From Massalongia carnosa (lineage: Eukaryota), in contig OZ287071.1 of assembly GCA_965645245.1 (NCBI GenBank), positions 2,480,001 through 2,544,000 on the forward strand: a DNA stretch of 64,000 bases. Direction: 5' to 3'. A model generated the notes under the pieces. It did no database searches. It was not told the DNA's origin and saw only the letters and a list, made by a program, of their open reading frames with translations. Made by a program: the position numbers and the translations under genes. Below are positions 36,115 to 48,065 of this stretch, piece by piece. Within the stretch, counting starts at the first letter, position 1. Each line of letters starts with the position of its first letter.

Positions 36115-38597
36115 TCAAGACAAAGTCTTGTCGATGCGCACAAGCACGACTCCCTCGCTCGGGTTGCCCCGAGAGTCGTAGAGACTGATAAAGCGACAGC
36201 CAGCCTGCAACCGGTCGAGCCGTATGCATGACCAAGCCGCGAGGTCATCCTTGCCAATCTCATCGTCGTTAATTTTGAACCTGCAAGAGTCACCGCCCGG
36301 CAGAGCGGGCTATGAATTAGCATAGAATTCGTTATTAGTACTTTGCGGCATCCATATGAAGTCTTTGCGGGGGCTTGCGTCATCCTCAGGTTGTTTCGGA
36401 TGCAGATGTAAGAGTACATGCGTTCTGCAGGCAAATGGGTAAAGTCTATAATCACTTGGGCCGTGATTCAACCGGCGCATGATCTCACCGCTCTTCTGAT
36501 CACAATTGGTGCACCTTGTGCTGACCAAAAAAAGAAGATATCAAAAAATGATGCGAAGTACTCTGGATGTAAATTGCGACTAGGGACATGAAGCCCTTGT
36601 CTACACCAGAAAAACACTTACGAGCCAGAGGTGCCTCGAATTAAGAGTATGTCACATACCTTAGAAAACTCAACTCTTCTACCACGCCTGGGATCCTGAC
36701 AAAGTCCAGCTTCTCACCGCCAAAGTCAGGCTCGACACCCCGATACGTTTTAGTGCGTCGTTTGTATTCTCCCTCCTTGCTCTTGCCGCCGCCTTCGATG
36801 GGGGCCCCGGAGCGCTCTTCTGGCTTCTCGATGTGCAGCTCACACTTCACATATGGGCGAAATCCGTCCGGTTTTGTATCACCCATAGGCAGCGGGATAT
36901 TTTGCCCTGCAAAGACCTCGATGGACAAAGACAACGTTTTATGCACGATGGCATCCGCTTGCGACTCGTCCAAGATCTTTGTCACTTGGCTCAGACGTTC
37001 GCCTCGATAGCCTTTAGGTTTGAGCACCCAGCCACCGGTGCCTGCAAACATGGCTTCATTGAGCATCATGCCTTCGTCCCATTTCTGCCAGTTCAGCGCG
37101 ACTATCTGGACCCCTTTTCGCCAGAAAACTGATGGATCGAGGTTCGACGATGAGACCCGCATACCAGAGGGAAACGCTCGCATCATGAAATTGCGGTTGT
37201 GGGAGAAAAGCGTTGGGCCGTGGCTCTCGTGGACTTCCATCACTTTCTTTTCCGAAAGCGAATATACGTGGGTAGGGAGAGTAGCTTCGGGCTCCGAGAG
37301 GTTCTTAAAGTGGTAACTACGGGTGTAGACTCCCAACGCACTCAGCGATTCGATAATTGAGCTCTTTTTCTTCTCCTTTCCATCTCCGCTAGATGTGCCC
37401 TGGTCTTCGGAGTCGGATGCTGAAGATAATGATCGAGGTTGTTGCTGCGACGGTAACGGATCCTTGGCGGCTTTCTTGGTAGCCTTGGGCGCTACATGCT
37501 TGACCTTGACCAGAATCTTCCGTCGCAACTGGCCGGGACTAGGAAGATTCCTGCAGCTTTCAGCGGGCGTTGTGATGAGCATTCCGTTCCATGCTTGCTT
37601 GATAATTTGTACCATCATCTCTTGCTGTTCTGCCCCTGCGTGCACTTCAAGGCTGACTATAACGGGTAGGTCGCTACGTAAGTCAGCCTAACGGCTTGCT
37701 TTGCTGTTCACCATCCTTTGTTGCAGCGCAAGAAACCCACCTATTCACAAAAGCTGTGTCCCTAATTGCCACGCACACTTGGCGAAACGAGACTTCCTTT
37801 GTAAGGGTATGCCCATGTAAAACTCTTGGCTCTGCTTGATTAGCCGTCGAAGTTGATATCCACGGCGTAGGTATGCTTAAAGAACTATCCTTCCCACTAG
37901 TTGAAGCATTTGAGTCAAGCCTGGATTGGGGGTCTTTATCCGCGGCACGCTTGGAGAATGATAACGAGTGCGGTAGATGAGGTCTGAATCTATGATTCTT
38001 CCTTTCTAGAGTTGAGTTCTCTTCGGCGTCTGAGAAGGATGTGGATTTGGCTTCGCCATCCCAGACATCGATCTCTATACACCGGCAACCACGGAGAAGG
38101 ACCTAGGTTTTCCCAACCCTTAGCGCGCTTAACTCGACGGCCAACCCCCCCCCCCCCCCCAAAGAGTGCTCTGCATATAAATTTCAACCCCATCTTCGAA
38201 ATGTAGCCACAAGACAATACTAAGGGATTAACAAACTTCACGTACGTACTTTTCTGTACGCCTCGGTACTTGACTGGCTGTAGAGCTGGTTGCCCGTCAG
38301 GTAAGTATTGTGACTACTGTTGATGAAATAATTGGACAGCGGAAACGCGAGCTCCTCGTCCGACAGAGGTCGTAATTCCGCAGCAGCATTTGATGCCGGA
38401 GACGTCATGGTTTTCAAGAATCCGTCGAAACCGTTGTCGTCGACGGGCGAGGGCACGACAACGTTCTTCGCATGCGTGTCGTACAGGGAGCGGAGGTGGT
38501 AGATGACGGCGGGGGAATGGCGGGTAATTGAGCGGAGGGAGAACGGGGAGAGCGGGTCATGTTGAGGAGACATGAGGACGGTAGGGGGGGCCGCCAT
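36115..38597 (-). CDS. Phosphoinositide-specific phospholipase C, short form (X, Y and C2 domains; no PH domain seen)
   Basis: Exons 38597-38250, 38102-37741, 37673-36660, 36280-36115 join in frame (629 aa). YFINSSHNTYLTGNQL, LLRGCRCIEIDVWDG, HGHTLT, PVIVSLEVH (X box); RVSSSNLDP, GVQIVALNWQ (Y box); C-terminal C2. Confidence 0.93.
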
Positions 38598-40710
38598 AAT
38601 GTTTTGGGCTTGGGAGAGAAGGAGGAGAGGGTTTTGCAGGTAGAAAGGGTGATCAATGAAAGTGGGCAAAGCCGTTGGTATTATAGGCAGGAGGGGAGAG
38701 TAACAGACCGGCTCTTTATGACCGACCGCCGCCTATACCTACTAGCTAGTTATTCACAGAGTGTAAGACGGCGGAAGGCTAGCGAGAAACTCCAATAGTC
38801 AGGTAGGCCAAGTTTTTTCTCTCCCTTCAGATTACTTAGGTGGGATTGGGTTAGGTCCATCAATACTCCGGTAACCAAGAAGTTAAAGGTCACGGGGTTT
38901 AGGTGATCGGTAGCAGGGATAGTTATATCTAACTAACTACAGAGTAGCGAGAGCGCTTTTTAACACTCAACCACCTCACTCTCTCACTCTCTCACTCACT
39001 CCCTCACTCCCTCCCTCCCTCCCTCTCTCATCTGCGCGCTATGGCAATTAGTTAGTTATGCCTTCGTGGCAGATCGTGCAGTATTTTTAACTGACTATGC
39101 GGCTTGTGATTTTGCGTTGTTCAGGTTTGTGGTAACTAATACATTATTAATCAACTGTGAGAAACAAGGCTAGAATCATGCTCTTGGATTTGGTGCTGGA
39201 TTTTGGATGCTGGATGATGGACTGTCTAGGAGGAATTGTTTGGTGGAGGGTTGGTTAGGTAGGTAGGTAGGGCCATTCCCTCTGAAGTTGGATGTTTTGG
39301 CGTCATTCTATAAGGTTTTTGTGCTTTCCATGCATTTACTCTGGTGTGTTTTCGCCTTTTCTTATGGCAGGTATTCTTTCTGTCACTTATCTCTTGTATT
39401 GCTGTTGCTCCTCCCTGCCGCCTTGTCTTTCTCACTTTCAACCGTTCAACTATTCCTATCTTCCTTTCTCTCGCCGTATCGACGCTCAAACCACTCTTCT
39501 CATCTCTGCCAGTTAACTCTTCGGTTCTTAGTTTCTTGGTTCTTGGAGGTAGGAGTTAGGTGAGAAGGTCAGAGATGTAGGAAAGCAGGAAGGAGATGAC
39601 ACAAGGACAAGTTTCTCGGTACTAGAGATAGACAACCAGTATTGAAAGAAGGACTTGGATAGCCTGGAAAAGTATAGGTGGTGGACAATGCACTTTCTGA
39701 CATGAATTCGGACGAAGAGGTGGGGAGCAGGGCGGTTGAGCACCTAAGGGTTTGTGAGCGTGAATCCCGTGACTTCATGCCGCCCCTGGATTCCCAATGA
39801 AACATGGAACTGATTGACGCTCAGCCATGTAGGCCTGGAAGTTTGGTAGCGAAGGGCACGGACCTTGAGCGTGAATCTCCATTTTGGAGAGAATGTTTCA
39901 CGGTTGACAATAGGTGGAAATGTTTCACTGCATGGCCCGAGCGCCTCTTGACATCAGACAACATTCCCAGTAGAGGAGTTACGATCACCACTTGCTGGCT
40001 TCCTGGATGGAAGACCAAAGACGCACGAAGCATGTCTGTGGCGGGTGACAAGGGCTATCCGTTCCCTTTCATGAGCCATGCACAAGTGCTTTCCACGTCA
40101 GGAACGGGAACCATCTCTTTATGTCAGGACAAGCAAGTTCATCGGCACAAGATCTGTTCGCGTTTCATCCTTTCTCCTCTTCCATCTAGTTTGTGTTAAA
40201 TGTTTGGATTTTGTGTCGTTTATAACTGTCTCGTTTCCTGAGGAGGTGTGTGACTAGGCCATGTGATTGTTGCTCGTTTCCTAGATCAAAGAAGTCGCCC
40301 CCCCGAAGGAAGATACTAGATGACATCGTCGTCAGAGGAGCGGAAATCATCTCTCTCGGCCAATCACACGCTGTCCCTAATATTTTTAACGGGGATCTGA
40401 GTCTCCAAATCCACTAGTCTAGGCTAAAATATAATAACCTCGTTTTACTTTCCTGTCTCCTCGCACTTCTTCTCTTCCTCCAACCCATTCCTTCTTCGTC
40501 GTCTTCTCCTTCTTCTCATCATGAACAAGATACTACAGCTTTAGCTTCAGCTTCAATCCTTCTGCAGACTTCTTTGCTCTCTTTAGCTTGTGCTTCCTTC
40601 CTATTAGCATCGTTTAGTCGGCTCGTCTGGCGTCGTCGTAGCTACGATTGCCACTCATTTGTGAGACTCAATCTTCACAATTAGCTACAATCACAACAAT
40701 CGTCATCCAT

Positions 40711-41190
40711 TGTGCTACATCCATCACCTAGCAACAAACCATTCACCCTTAACCAGCGTGCTACATCGACAATCAAACAGCAATCCAATCACCTTTGGCC
40801 AGTGTGTTACATCTACAAGACAAAAATCAATCTATTATCTTCGGTCGTTGTGTCACGGTTAGAAGACAGCAATAGACTTATTACCCTTAGTCTCTGTGCT
40901 ACATCTACAGACTAGTAACAACCTCGTCACTTTTAGTCTCCGTGCTACAGCTGGAAAAAGCAATCGAGCAATCATCCTTAGCCATTTTGCTATAGCTAGA
41001 ATACAACAGCAAACTCATCACTCTCAGACAGTGCTACATCGGAAATCTAGTGACAACCTAACTACTTTCGGTCAGTGTGCTAGATCTATCAACCAGCAAA
41101 GAACTAGCGACAACCCAACTACTCTTGGCCAGTGTGCTCTATCTTCAAGCAAGCAACAAACTCATTACACTCTGTCATTGTGCCTTACCT
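40711..41190 (+). repeat. Degenerate tandem array, about 11 units, 46-bp period
   Basis: Anchor (T/C)GTGCTACATC-like motif starts at 40711, 40757, 40803, 40849, 40895, 40941, 40986, 41030, 41076, 41133 and 41179. Confidence 0.85.
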
Positions 41191-41215
41191 TAAAGCTTGT
41201 AACACACCATTCATC

Positions 41216-43095
41216 ATGCCATTAGGATCTGCACCTGCAGTGCTATGCCATGCTCAGAACAATACAGATGGTTCAGTTACTTTGAAGTAAGAAAGTCCAT
41301 CTCATTGCTTTCATGATAGCTTGAGCACTTTCCCTGACGTATGCCAGACCTATGACCGAGCCTGTGCCTGTTCAACCAACCATGATACCCGGACAGGTCT
41401 ACATTCAAACATTACCGGGGCACAGCAAACCAGCATTCGTTAGACAAAGAAAGCCTCATGTTTCGTCCCTATTTGGTCTAACCGCTCTTGCCGAAGCGTT
41501 GGGACCTTTGTCTTTGTTTTCCACCAAAAAGACCGTGAAGAAAGTTCGCAGATCCTCCGTGCCTACCCCACGACAAAAACGCGGCTATCCGGCTCCGTTA
41601 CCGCTACACCCTCAGTCAGCCGCCGTAAGTTCGCGAGTGGTAGTCACACCAGGTCCAGCGACTTGTCATGCAGCAGTTCAAACTTCGTCTTCAATCGTGG
41701 CGCTAGCTACTTCATCTTCAACACCATCTTCACAAGCTACTTCATCCCCATCCACTTGTCCAGCTGTAACGCAAGCTTCTCCATCTTCAACCCCGTCTCC
41801 AAGTATGAGACAAGCTTCTTTGTCTTCAACCTCGACCCAAGTGTTAAGACAAGCCTCGTCCTTTTCAACCCCGTCTTCAACTGCGCCACAAGCTTCATCA
41901 TCAACCTCATCTCCAACAGTGGCACAGGCTTCTCCAACTTCAGCGTCCTCTCCAACCGTGGTACAGGTTTTCCCGTCCGGAAAAACGGCGGGAATCTCAA
42001 GTGCCGGTACACTGAGATCAATTTGTGCTGCATGCGGCAACTTCCGCTCTCCCCATTACCAACGTCGCCACGCGTTGACTCCGGGGGTAATGCCGAAGAC
42101 TAGCATTTGCAAAAAATGCGTCGACAAGGAAACTTCCAGCGAGGAGAGTGATGGTGCTTTTGAGCGGTCTCGCAAGATGAAGAATCGTCGCCGCCGACGC
42201 CAGCGCTCCAGTGAGACGACGGAAGACAAGGACAGCCGTTCTAGTAGTCGAAGCTACCGCTCAACTACCAGAGACAAGTATAAGTCCTTCGCCATGGAAG
42301 GGAGCTCCTCCGAACGTCACCAACCTACCAAGGTTGAGAGAGCTCCCCGCCCGTCGTCCCGCCCTGTGCGCGTGGTTCGAGTTTCTCACGACGAACCACG
42401 CGCACAAGTCTCCCAAGCCGCCGATCAGCCACGAGCTGGATCGCTATCTTTCCGGCACGTGCGGGTTTCCCAGGCAGCTGGCGAGCGCTACAGCAGGGAT
42501 AGCGCCGCCGCAGAGGCTCCTGAGAGCCGAGGCCCAAGCCTCGTACGGAGGGCTCGTTCCCAGCCAATCTTTCAAGAACGAGCCTTCCGTCAGGCGGCGG
42601 AGCCACAGCGCTCATACCGGAAGAGAGATCGGGGGGAGATGGAAGATGAGACCGACCGCAATTACGGGTCGGTTTCACTTTGTACGTTTCTCCCTCATGT
42701 TTTGGTTCTAACCTTGAGCTAACTCCCATGCAGCCTCTCCCTCCTCGCCCGTTTACTACGGGCGATTCCGGGCTGTTGGTGACCGCCACCTCTCTCGCGT
42801 GGTTCGGCCCTACTACGCGGTGGCCGACACCGCCAACGGGGCCGATCACGGCCCCAGCTACCTCCCAACCCCCCCAGGCTCGTACGAGTCCGACCGCCCG
42901 CGCTCGATCAGTTCGGCGCACCAAGCCGGCCCATCTCACGATGGGCCGCAGGGTGCGGCTGACGAGTCGCAGTGGGGTCATCTTCCGGGCTACGTGCCCC
43001 GCAGCCAACGCACCTCGGACCCGTGGGACGAGGTGATGTTTGGGGATGACAATCACGACAGCATGTCGTTCGGGTGGTGGGAGGAAGGCGTGTGA
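41216..43095 (+). CDS. Hypothetical Ser/Thr/Arg-rich protein with one CxxC...H...CxxC motif
   Basis: Exons 41216-41286, 41348-42681, 42734-43095 join in frame (588 aa) via GTAAGA and GTACGT donors with branch points. Motif CAACGNFRSPHYQRRHALTPGVMPKTSICKKC; internal roughly 13-aa QAS repeats. Confidence 0.7.
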
Positions 43096-43349
43096 TGAGG
43101 CCCCGTTTAAAGGGTCTCTACACACGGCCACTCCCGCTTCTACACCCGTTGACTGCTGATTGGGCTTTTGCGGGGTTAGTGATGGCGGCGGCGGGCGGGG
43201 AGGAGGGAGGCTTCTTCAGGGAATCAATTGTAATTGGTTTCGTTGTTGTGTTTTTTTTTCTCTCTTTCTTTCTCTCTACTGTTTGTCAGGTGCGAGCAGG
43301 GGTGGGGGGTTGGGCTAACTAGAGCCCACGGTGCCCCGGGGACTTTGTA

Positions 43350-44658
43350 CAAATCGGGTCTAGGAAGTCAGCAAACACTTCGCTTAATTTCCCCTCATCT
43401 AAATTCCCCCCTTTCTACATCAATTTTCATCTGATCAACGAAATGCCTTCTAAACCCAAGACGGCCAGACGTGAACACTCGTCTGAAACCATTGCTATCG
43501 TTGTAGCCCTTCATGAAGTCCACTTATCCTATGCTGAAATAGCCCGTCAAGTTCGGCTGGCCCGTTCCACCGTAGTCACCATAGTTCATAGAGCTAAGAG
43601 ACAAGCCGACGCCTCTTCCGTTCCCAAAAAACGTACTGGTCGGCCAACCAAGCTAAATGTCCGTGCCAGACGGGCATTGATTCGCCATGTTGAGAAAAAT
43701 CCACACGATAATTTGCTGGCCCTGACTACTCCTTCCAAATCGGGTCAAAAGCTCTCTCGCGTCACCGTACGAAAATATCTGAAGCTCGGTGGCTATTTCC
43801 GTTTCAGGGCTAGAAAAAAGCCGTTTCTATCAGCACGTCACAAAGCAATCAGGCTAAAATGGGGCAAGGAGCATAAGCATTGGACGGTAGAAGATTGGGG
43901 CCGAGTTATATGGACAGATGAAGCTACGTTTGAAACTGGTTTAGACACTCGCTCGTGCTACGTCACGAGACGAAAAGGCACGGCCATGGAGTCTAGATAT
44001 CTGAAGCCTACATTCAAAAGCGGACGAAGCACTGTGGGCATCTGGGCTAGCATACGATTGGGTGAAAAAGGCCCTATGCTCGTTTTGAATAAGGGGAGAC
44101 GAATGAATTCAGATATCTACATTGACGAGGTGCTACGGCCTTTAGGGCTCTCCTTTTATGAAGCATGCTTGACTAGGCGAGGTTTGACGATCTGGATGGA
44201 TGACGGAGCCAGCTATCATACTTCGAAAAAGGTGATTGATTGGGGAAGACGAAACGGGCTTTTACGCATGGATTGGCCACCTCAGTCACCCGATTTGAAT
44301 CCCATTGAGAATCTCTGGCGTATTATCAAAATACGGGTCAGTGCCCGTCGTCACCAAATCCATACAATTGAGGCCATGGAGCAGGCTATTCGGGAGGAAT
44401 GGGAGCTGTTGACTGAGGAGGACTTCAGACGGTGCATTGAGAGCATGCCTGAGCGTATTCGCTTTCTTATTAAGGCTAAAGGGGGTTCTATTAAATACTG
44501 ATAACTTAATCTTCTTCAGCATACAGTATTTGACGAAATATGTAGGTTTCAAAGCATCAAGTTGGAAATTGATTGATTGGGGTGATTTTCATCATTAGGG
44601 GTGAGGGGTAAAATGGGGGTGGAACGTGCGCTGTTCGGTCACTTCCTAGACCCGACTG
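43350..44658 (+). mobile_element. Tc1/mariner DNA transposon, full length (about 1.3 kb)
   Basis: Imperfect 27-28 bp TIRs (left CAAATCGGGTCTAGGAAGTCAGCAAACA; right, reverse-complemented, CAGTCGGGTCTAGGAAGTGACCGAACA). TA on both sides (43348-49, 44659-60). Single transposase ORF. Confidence 0.95.
43443..44501 (+). CDS. Tc1-family transposase, DD34E, 352 aa, intact
   Basis: N-terminal HTH and GRP linker. WTDEATF, WMDDGASYH and WPPQSPDLNPIENLW, with 34 residues between the second catalytic D and E. Confidence 0.96.
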   Translation: MPSKPKTARREHSSETIAIVVALHEVHLSYAEIARQVRLARSTVVTIVHRAKRQADASSVPKKRTGRPTKLNVRARRALIRHVEKNPHDNLLALTTPSKSGQKLSRVTVRKYLKLGGYFRFRARKKPFLSARHKAIRLKWGKEHKHWTVEDWGRVIWTDEATFETGLDTRSCYVTRRKGTAMESRYLKPTFKSGRSTVGIWASIRLGEKGPMLVLNKGRRMNSDIYIDEVLRPLGLSFYEACLTRRGLTIWMDDGASYHTSKKVIDWGRRNGLLRMDWPPQSPDLNPIENLWRIIKIRVSARRHQIHTIEAMEQAIREEWELLTEEDFRRCIESMPERIRFLIKAKGGSIKY

Positions 44659-47600
44659 TACAATACTTCTCGTTTGTTTTACGAAATCAAGAAAATTCGA
44701 AATTGGAAGTTTCATCCCCTAACGCCGCTTTCCATATCGACTAGGTATCTTCGCGCACCTGGTATTTTCTCCTTTCACCCCCCTCCCCCATTCCCATTCC
44801 CATTCCCTCTAACACCCCCCCCCCCCATCCTTTCCTGGTTCTCTATACATTTTATCCCCTGGATCAGTTAGGCGGTCAGTCGGTCAGGTAACTTAGTTGG
44901 AATGTCAGGTCGATCAGTCAGCAACGATAGTAATGATGCTGGTGGTGGTGGAGGGTTTTGGCCTAGGATAGGGATGGGGACGGGGATGGGGACGGGAATG
45001 AGTGATGGAATTCCTGATCTGAAAATAGGGAGGGTGATAGGGATGGGGAAAAGTGACGTAATATGTTTTCTGATTTGTTTGATCTGATCTAGCCTGAGGA
45101 TGAAGAAAACGAGGACGAAACGAGAAGAGGAGAGAAGTGATGCGTCCGTCTTACTTGCCCTAGTCTTGATCTAGTCTGGTCTGTTCTGGTCTGAGGATGG
45201 GAATGGATACGGGTATGGATATGAGAGAAGTGACGGGTTCTTGATCGTAAATAAAACGAAAAGAAGTAGAGGAGGAGGAGGAGGAGTGATGGAGTTCCTA
45301 ATCTAGAATAGTGCGGGGACGGGCAGGGAAGAAGTGATGGAGTTCTTTGCCCTGAGTTTGGCCTGGGGATGGGGGAGCGAATAGAGAGAGGAGAGGTGGA
45401 TGGTTCTTGCTCCAACCAATCTTGAGCTGACCTTACCCTAGCCTAGCCTAGAATGGGGACGAGGAGAAGCGATTGGATTTTTGATCGGAAATAGAAAGAA
45501 GAGAGAGGTGATGAGTTCTTTCTTGCCCCTGCCTTAATCTGAGATAGAGAGAAAACTGGAAAAGGAAAAGGAAAAGGAAAAGAGATGAGTTCTCTTGCTC
45601 TGAAAAGAAAGAGGGAAGGGAAAGAGCCCAGGGCAAGGGGAAGGAGGGTAGGATTTGTTAGGTGAAAGGAGGAGAGAGAGATGGGGGATGGGAGAAAGAA
45701 ATGATTGATTCCCAAATCTCTAAAACGTTATATAGCAGGCCTATCGTCACCTTCCTCGTCAAAAATATATGTGGTATACACATATACAGGTACATGCATA
45801 AGGAAATCTATCCTGAACTAGAAGGAGGAGGAGAAGAAGATGAAGAAGTAGATATCTTGATAATATCTAGGTTAGATGTTTCCTGATCCTGATCCTGGAT
45901 CTAGTCCTGGAAAACGATTGGTTAAGAAGCTGCATAATTCATTGTTGTATTTATTGTGTTTTATTGAAAAGGGGATTGATTGGAAGACGGAAAGAAGAAG
46001 AGAGTTTGAAGAAAATTATACGGGAAAGAAAATTTTTGCTACGAAAAATAAGTAAGAGGGGAAATATTTCGAGGTTTTATTTTTTTATTTTCTTTACTCG
46101 ACTTGGTCGTTTCTTAATCCTTCCGAAAGATGAGGAGAATTCTTCAAGAAGGATGGAGAAGGCGAAAGAGGACTTGGCGAACTGGTTGGCTAGTTTAGAG
46201 AGATCGAAAGCTGCAACAATTAAGGAGTTGGGTAACTCTGAAAGGATTGAACGAGTAAGTGAGTGAGTTATTACTTGGACAAATACTTGACAAAGCATTG
46301 GCTTGGAAAAGAGCTAGCCTAGACGGTTGTATGTATATAGGTACTTATTTTATGTATCGATGATGTATTGGAACTAGTTACTGTCCATTTAAAACGAGAA
46401 ATCGAATGAAATGAGATGAGGGATGATTCCAAGCAAAGAGTGTGGTGCTTTTTGTGAGAGGTGTTACTGGGAAGACCGAACCATGGATTCGCGTTTGATT
46501 GACTGACTGATTAACAATGATCTTATCTAGTCTTTTAACAGAGGGCGAGGATGATCACACTTCTTGTCTGTGTGACAAACTTGACATCTATAGTCCAGAG
46601 AATTGTTTGCAAATAGGGATTTAGATCTAGAGCAAGAGGATATTAAGAAACCAGAATTGTATCTTTACATTAATTTATAGAATAGAAATTTCCGACGGAT
46701 CATCCTTTGCGTTGCTCATTCAACGGTATCATTGAAAACAGCGAAAAAAATAAGCAAGCAAGCCGAAACAGGAATTAAATTCACTTACATCGGATAGCCA
46801 GGGTGGTCTACTTCCTCTCACCAAGCATACTTTATAAATGAACGTTTGAGGGTTGACTAAGGTTATTAGTTTTGATGATTGGTAACGAAATCATTCGCTT
46901 CGTAAACGAAAGGTCGGAGTATAGCTCTGATTTTAGGATAGTAGTTTTTGTTGACGGAAAGAGGAAGATTAAGAAAGCAAGGCTATTGTACACGACGAGC
47001 AGGACGGCGGCAGGATGGATGGTGAGTTGTTCTTATATTCTTGATTTGCTCACAACTTATGATTTTCAACCTTCACCATTTTCAATAGACACAAAAGGTT
47101 GTAAAGATCCGAAGCCCTCAAGGCTCTGTCAGTATTACTAAAGGTCTCAGTCTACATCTGTATACTTTAGTTGACGGAAGATATCCTCTCCGCGCATAGG
47201 CTGATACACATTCTCTCATCGTTGAAAAACCGAATGCCGATAACCCCAGTGATGGGAGAACCAGATATGTGAGGTAGGAGACTGAACGTATCTTGGGCTG
47301 ATGAAAGAAATACACGATTTTAAAAGGTTCGACGATGTATCGTGGGAAAGACACAAACGTAAACTGATTAGCATGGCGATACAGTGCTGAGACGTAGCAA
47401 TCATGTGTTAACAGTGTTGGAATACTCGCTTAGCCCCATTAGTTCTAGCTCAGCCCTGCAGGCTGCCATGACTACTATAAGTCATTTCAACATTATGCCG
47501 TCAACTGTTCATTTAACAAACAGTTGTCGATAGCTTAAGAACAAGAGCTTTTGGTTTGTTCTACTCATCAAATATGCACCGAAGCAATAAGTTGACTTCA

Positions 47601-47919
47601 ATCAAGCTCTTTCGATGTTAATCCCATGACCACTCAAAAATTGCCGGTATTAGCCATCAAGAAATGCACGGTATCCAAGGATCAGAGAAGAGAAAAAACA
47701 CAATGTGTTATTTCAATCGTGGGATTTAAGAGCTCTTCACAAGCCCTCGAAAGGAACTAAAGGGCCTGCTGGGTCAGAAACCTCTACGTGGTGCAGGCTA
47801 TCAACACCTCCTCGGAGGTGGCCAATATCTGATCATCGCCAACGCGGAAGTCCACCTCGGTGGCCATTTGAACGATCAACGTCTCTACTGATCATTCGTC
47901 ACCTCGAAGGCACGCATAC

Positions 47920-48065
47920 AAAGCCCATTCATTCGGAATGGCCACACCCCTCAGGCGGAAGCCTTTCACCTCATCAAAAAAGCCCATTCATTCGGAATGG
48001 CCACACCCCTCAGGCGGAAGCCTTTCACCACATCGAAAAAGCCCATTCATTTAGAATGGCCACAC
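47920..48065. repeat. 59-bp tandem repeat, about 2.5 copies
   Basis: GCCCATTCATT starts at 47923, 47982 and 48041; the first two units are nearly identical. Confidence 0.92.

Noticed and set aside
40711..41190. 46-bp array as a CRISPR array
   Set aside because: Eukaryotic context, no cas genes, repeats not identical, and the variable parts are related to each other rather than unique spacers.
42325..43131. 268-aa antisense ORF (likewise 55571-56578 and the many ORFs opposite ZF-3 and dynein IC)
   Set aside because: Shadow frames of GC-rich coding sequence with no domain signal.
43350..44658. Fanzor/TnpB cargo in the Tc1 element
   Set aside because: The transposase fills the element; no second ORF or RuvC motifs.
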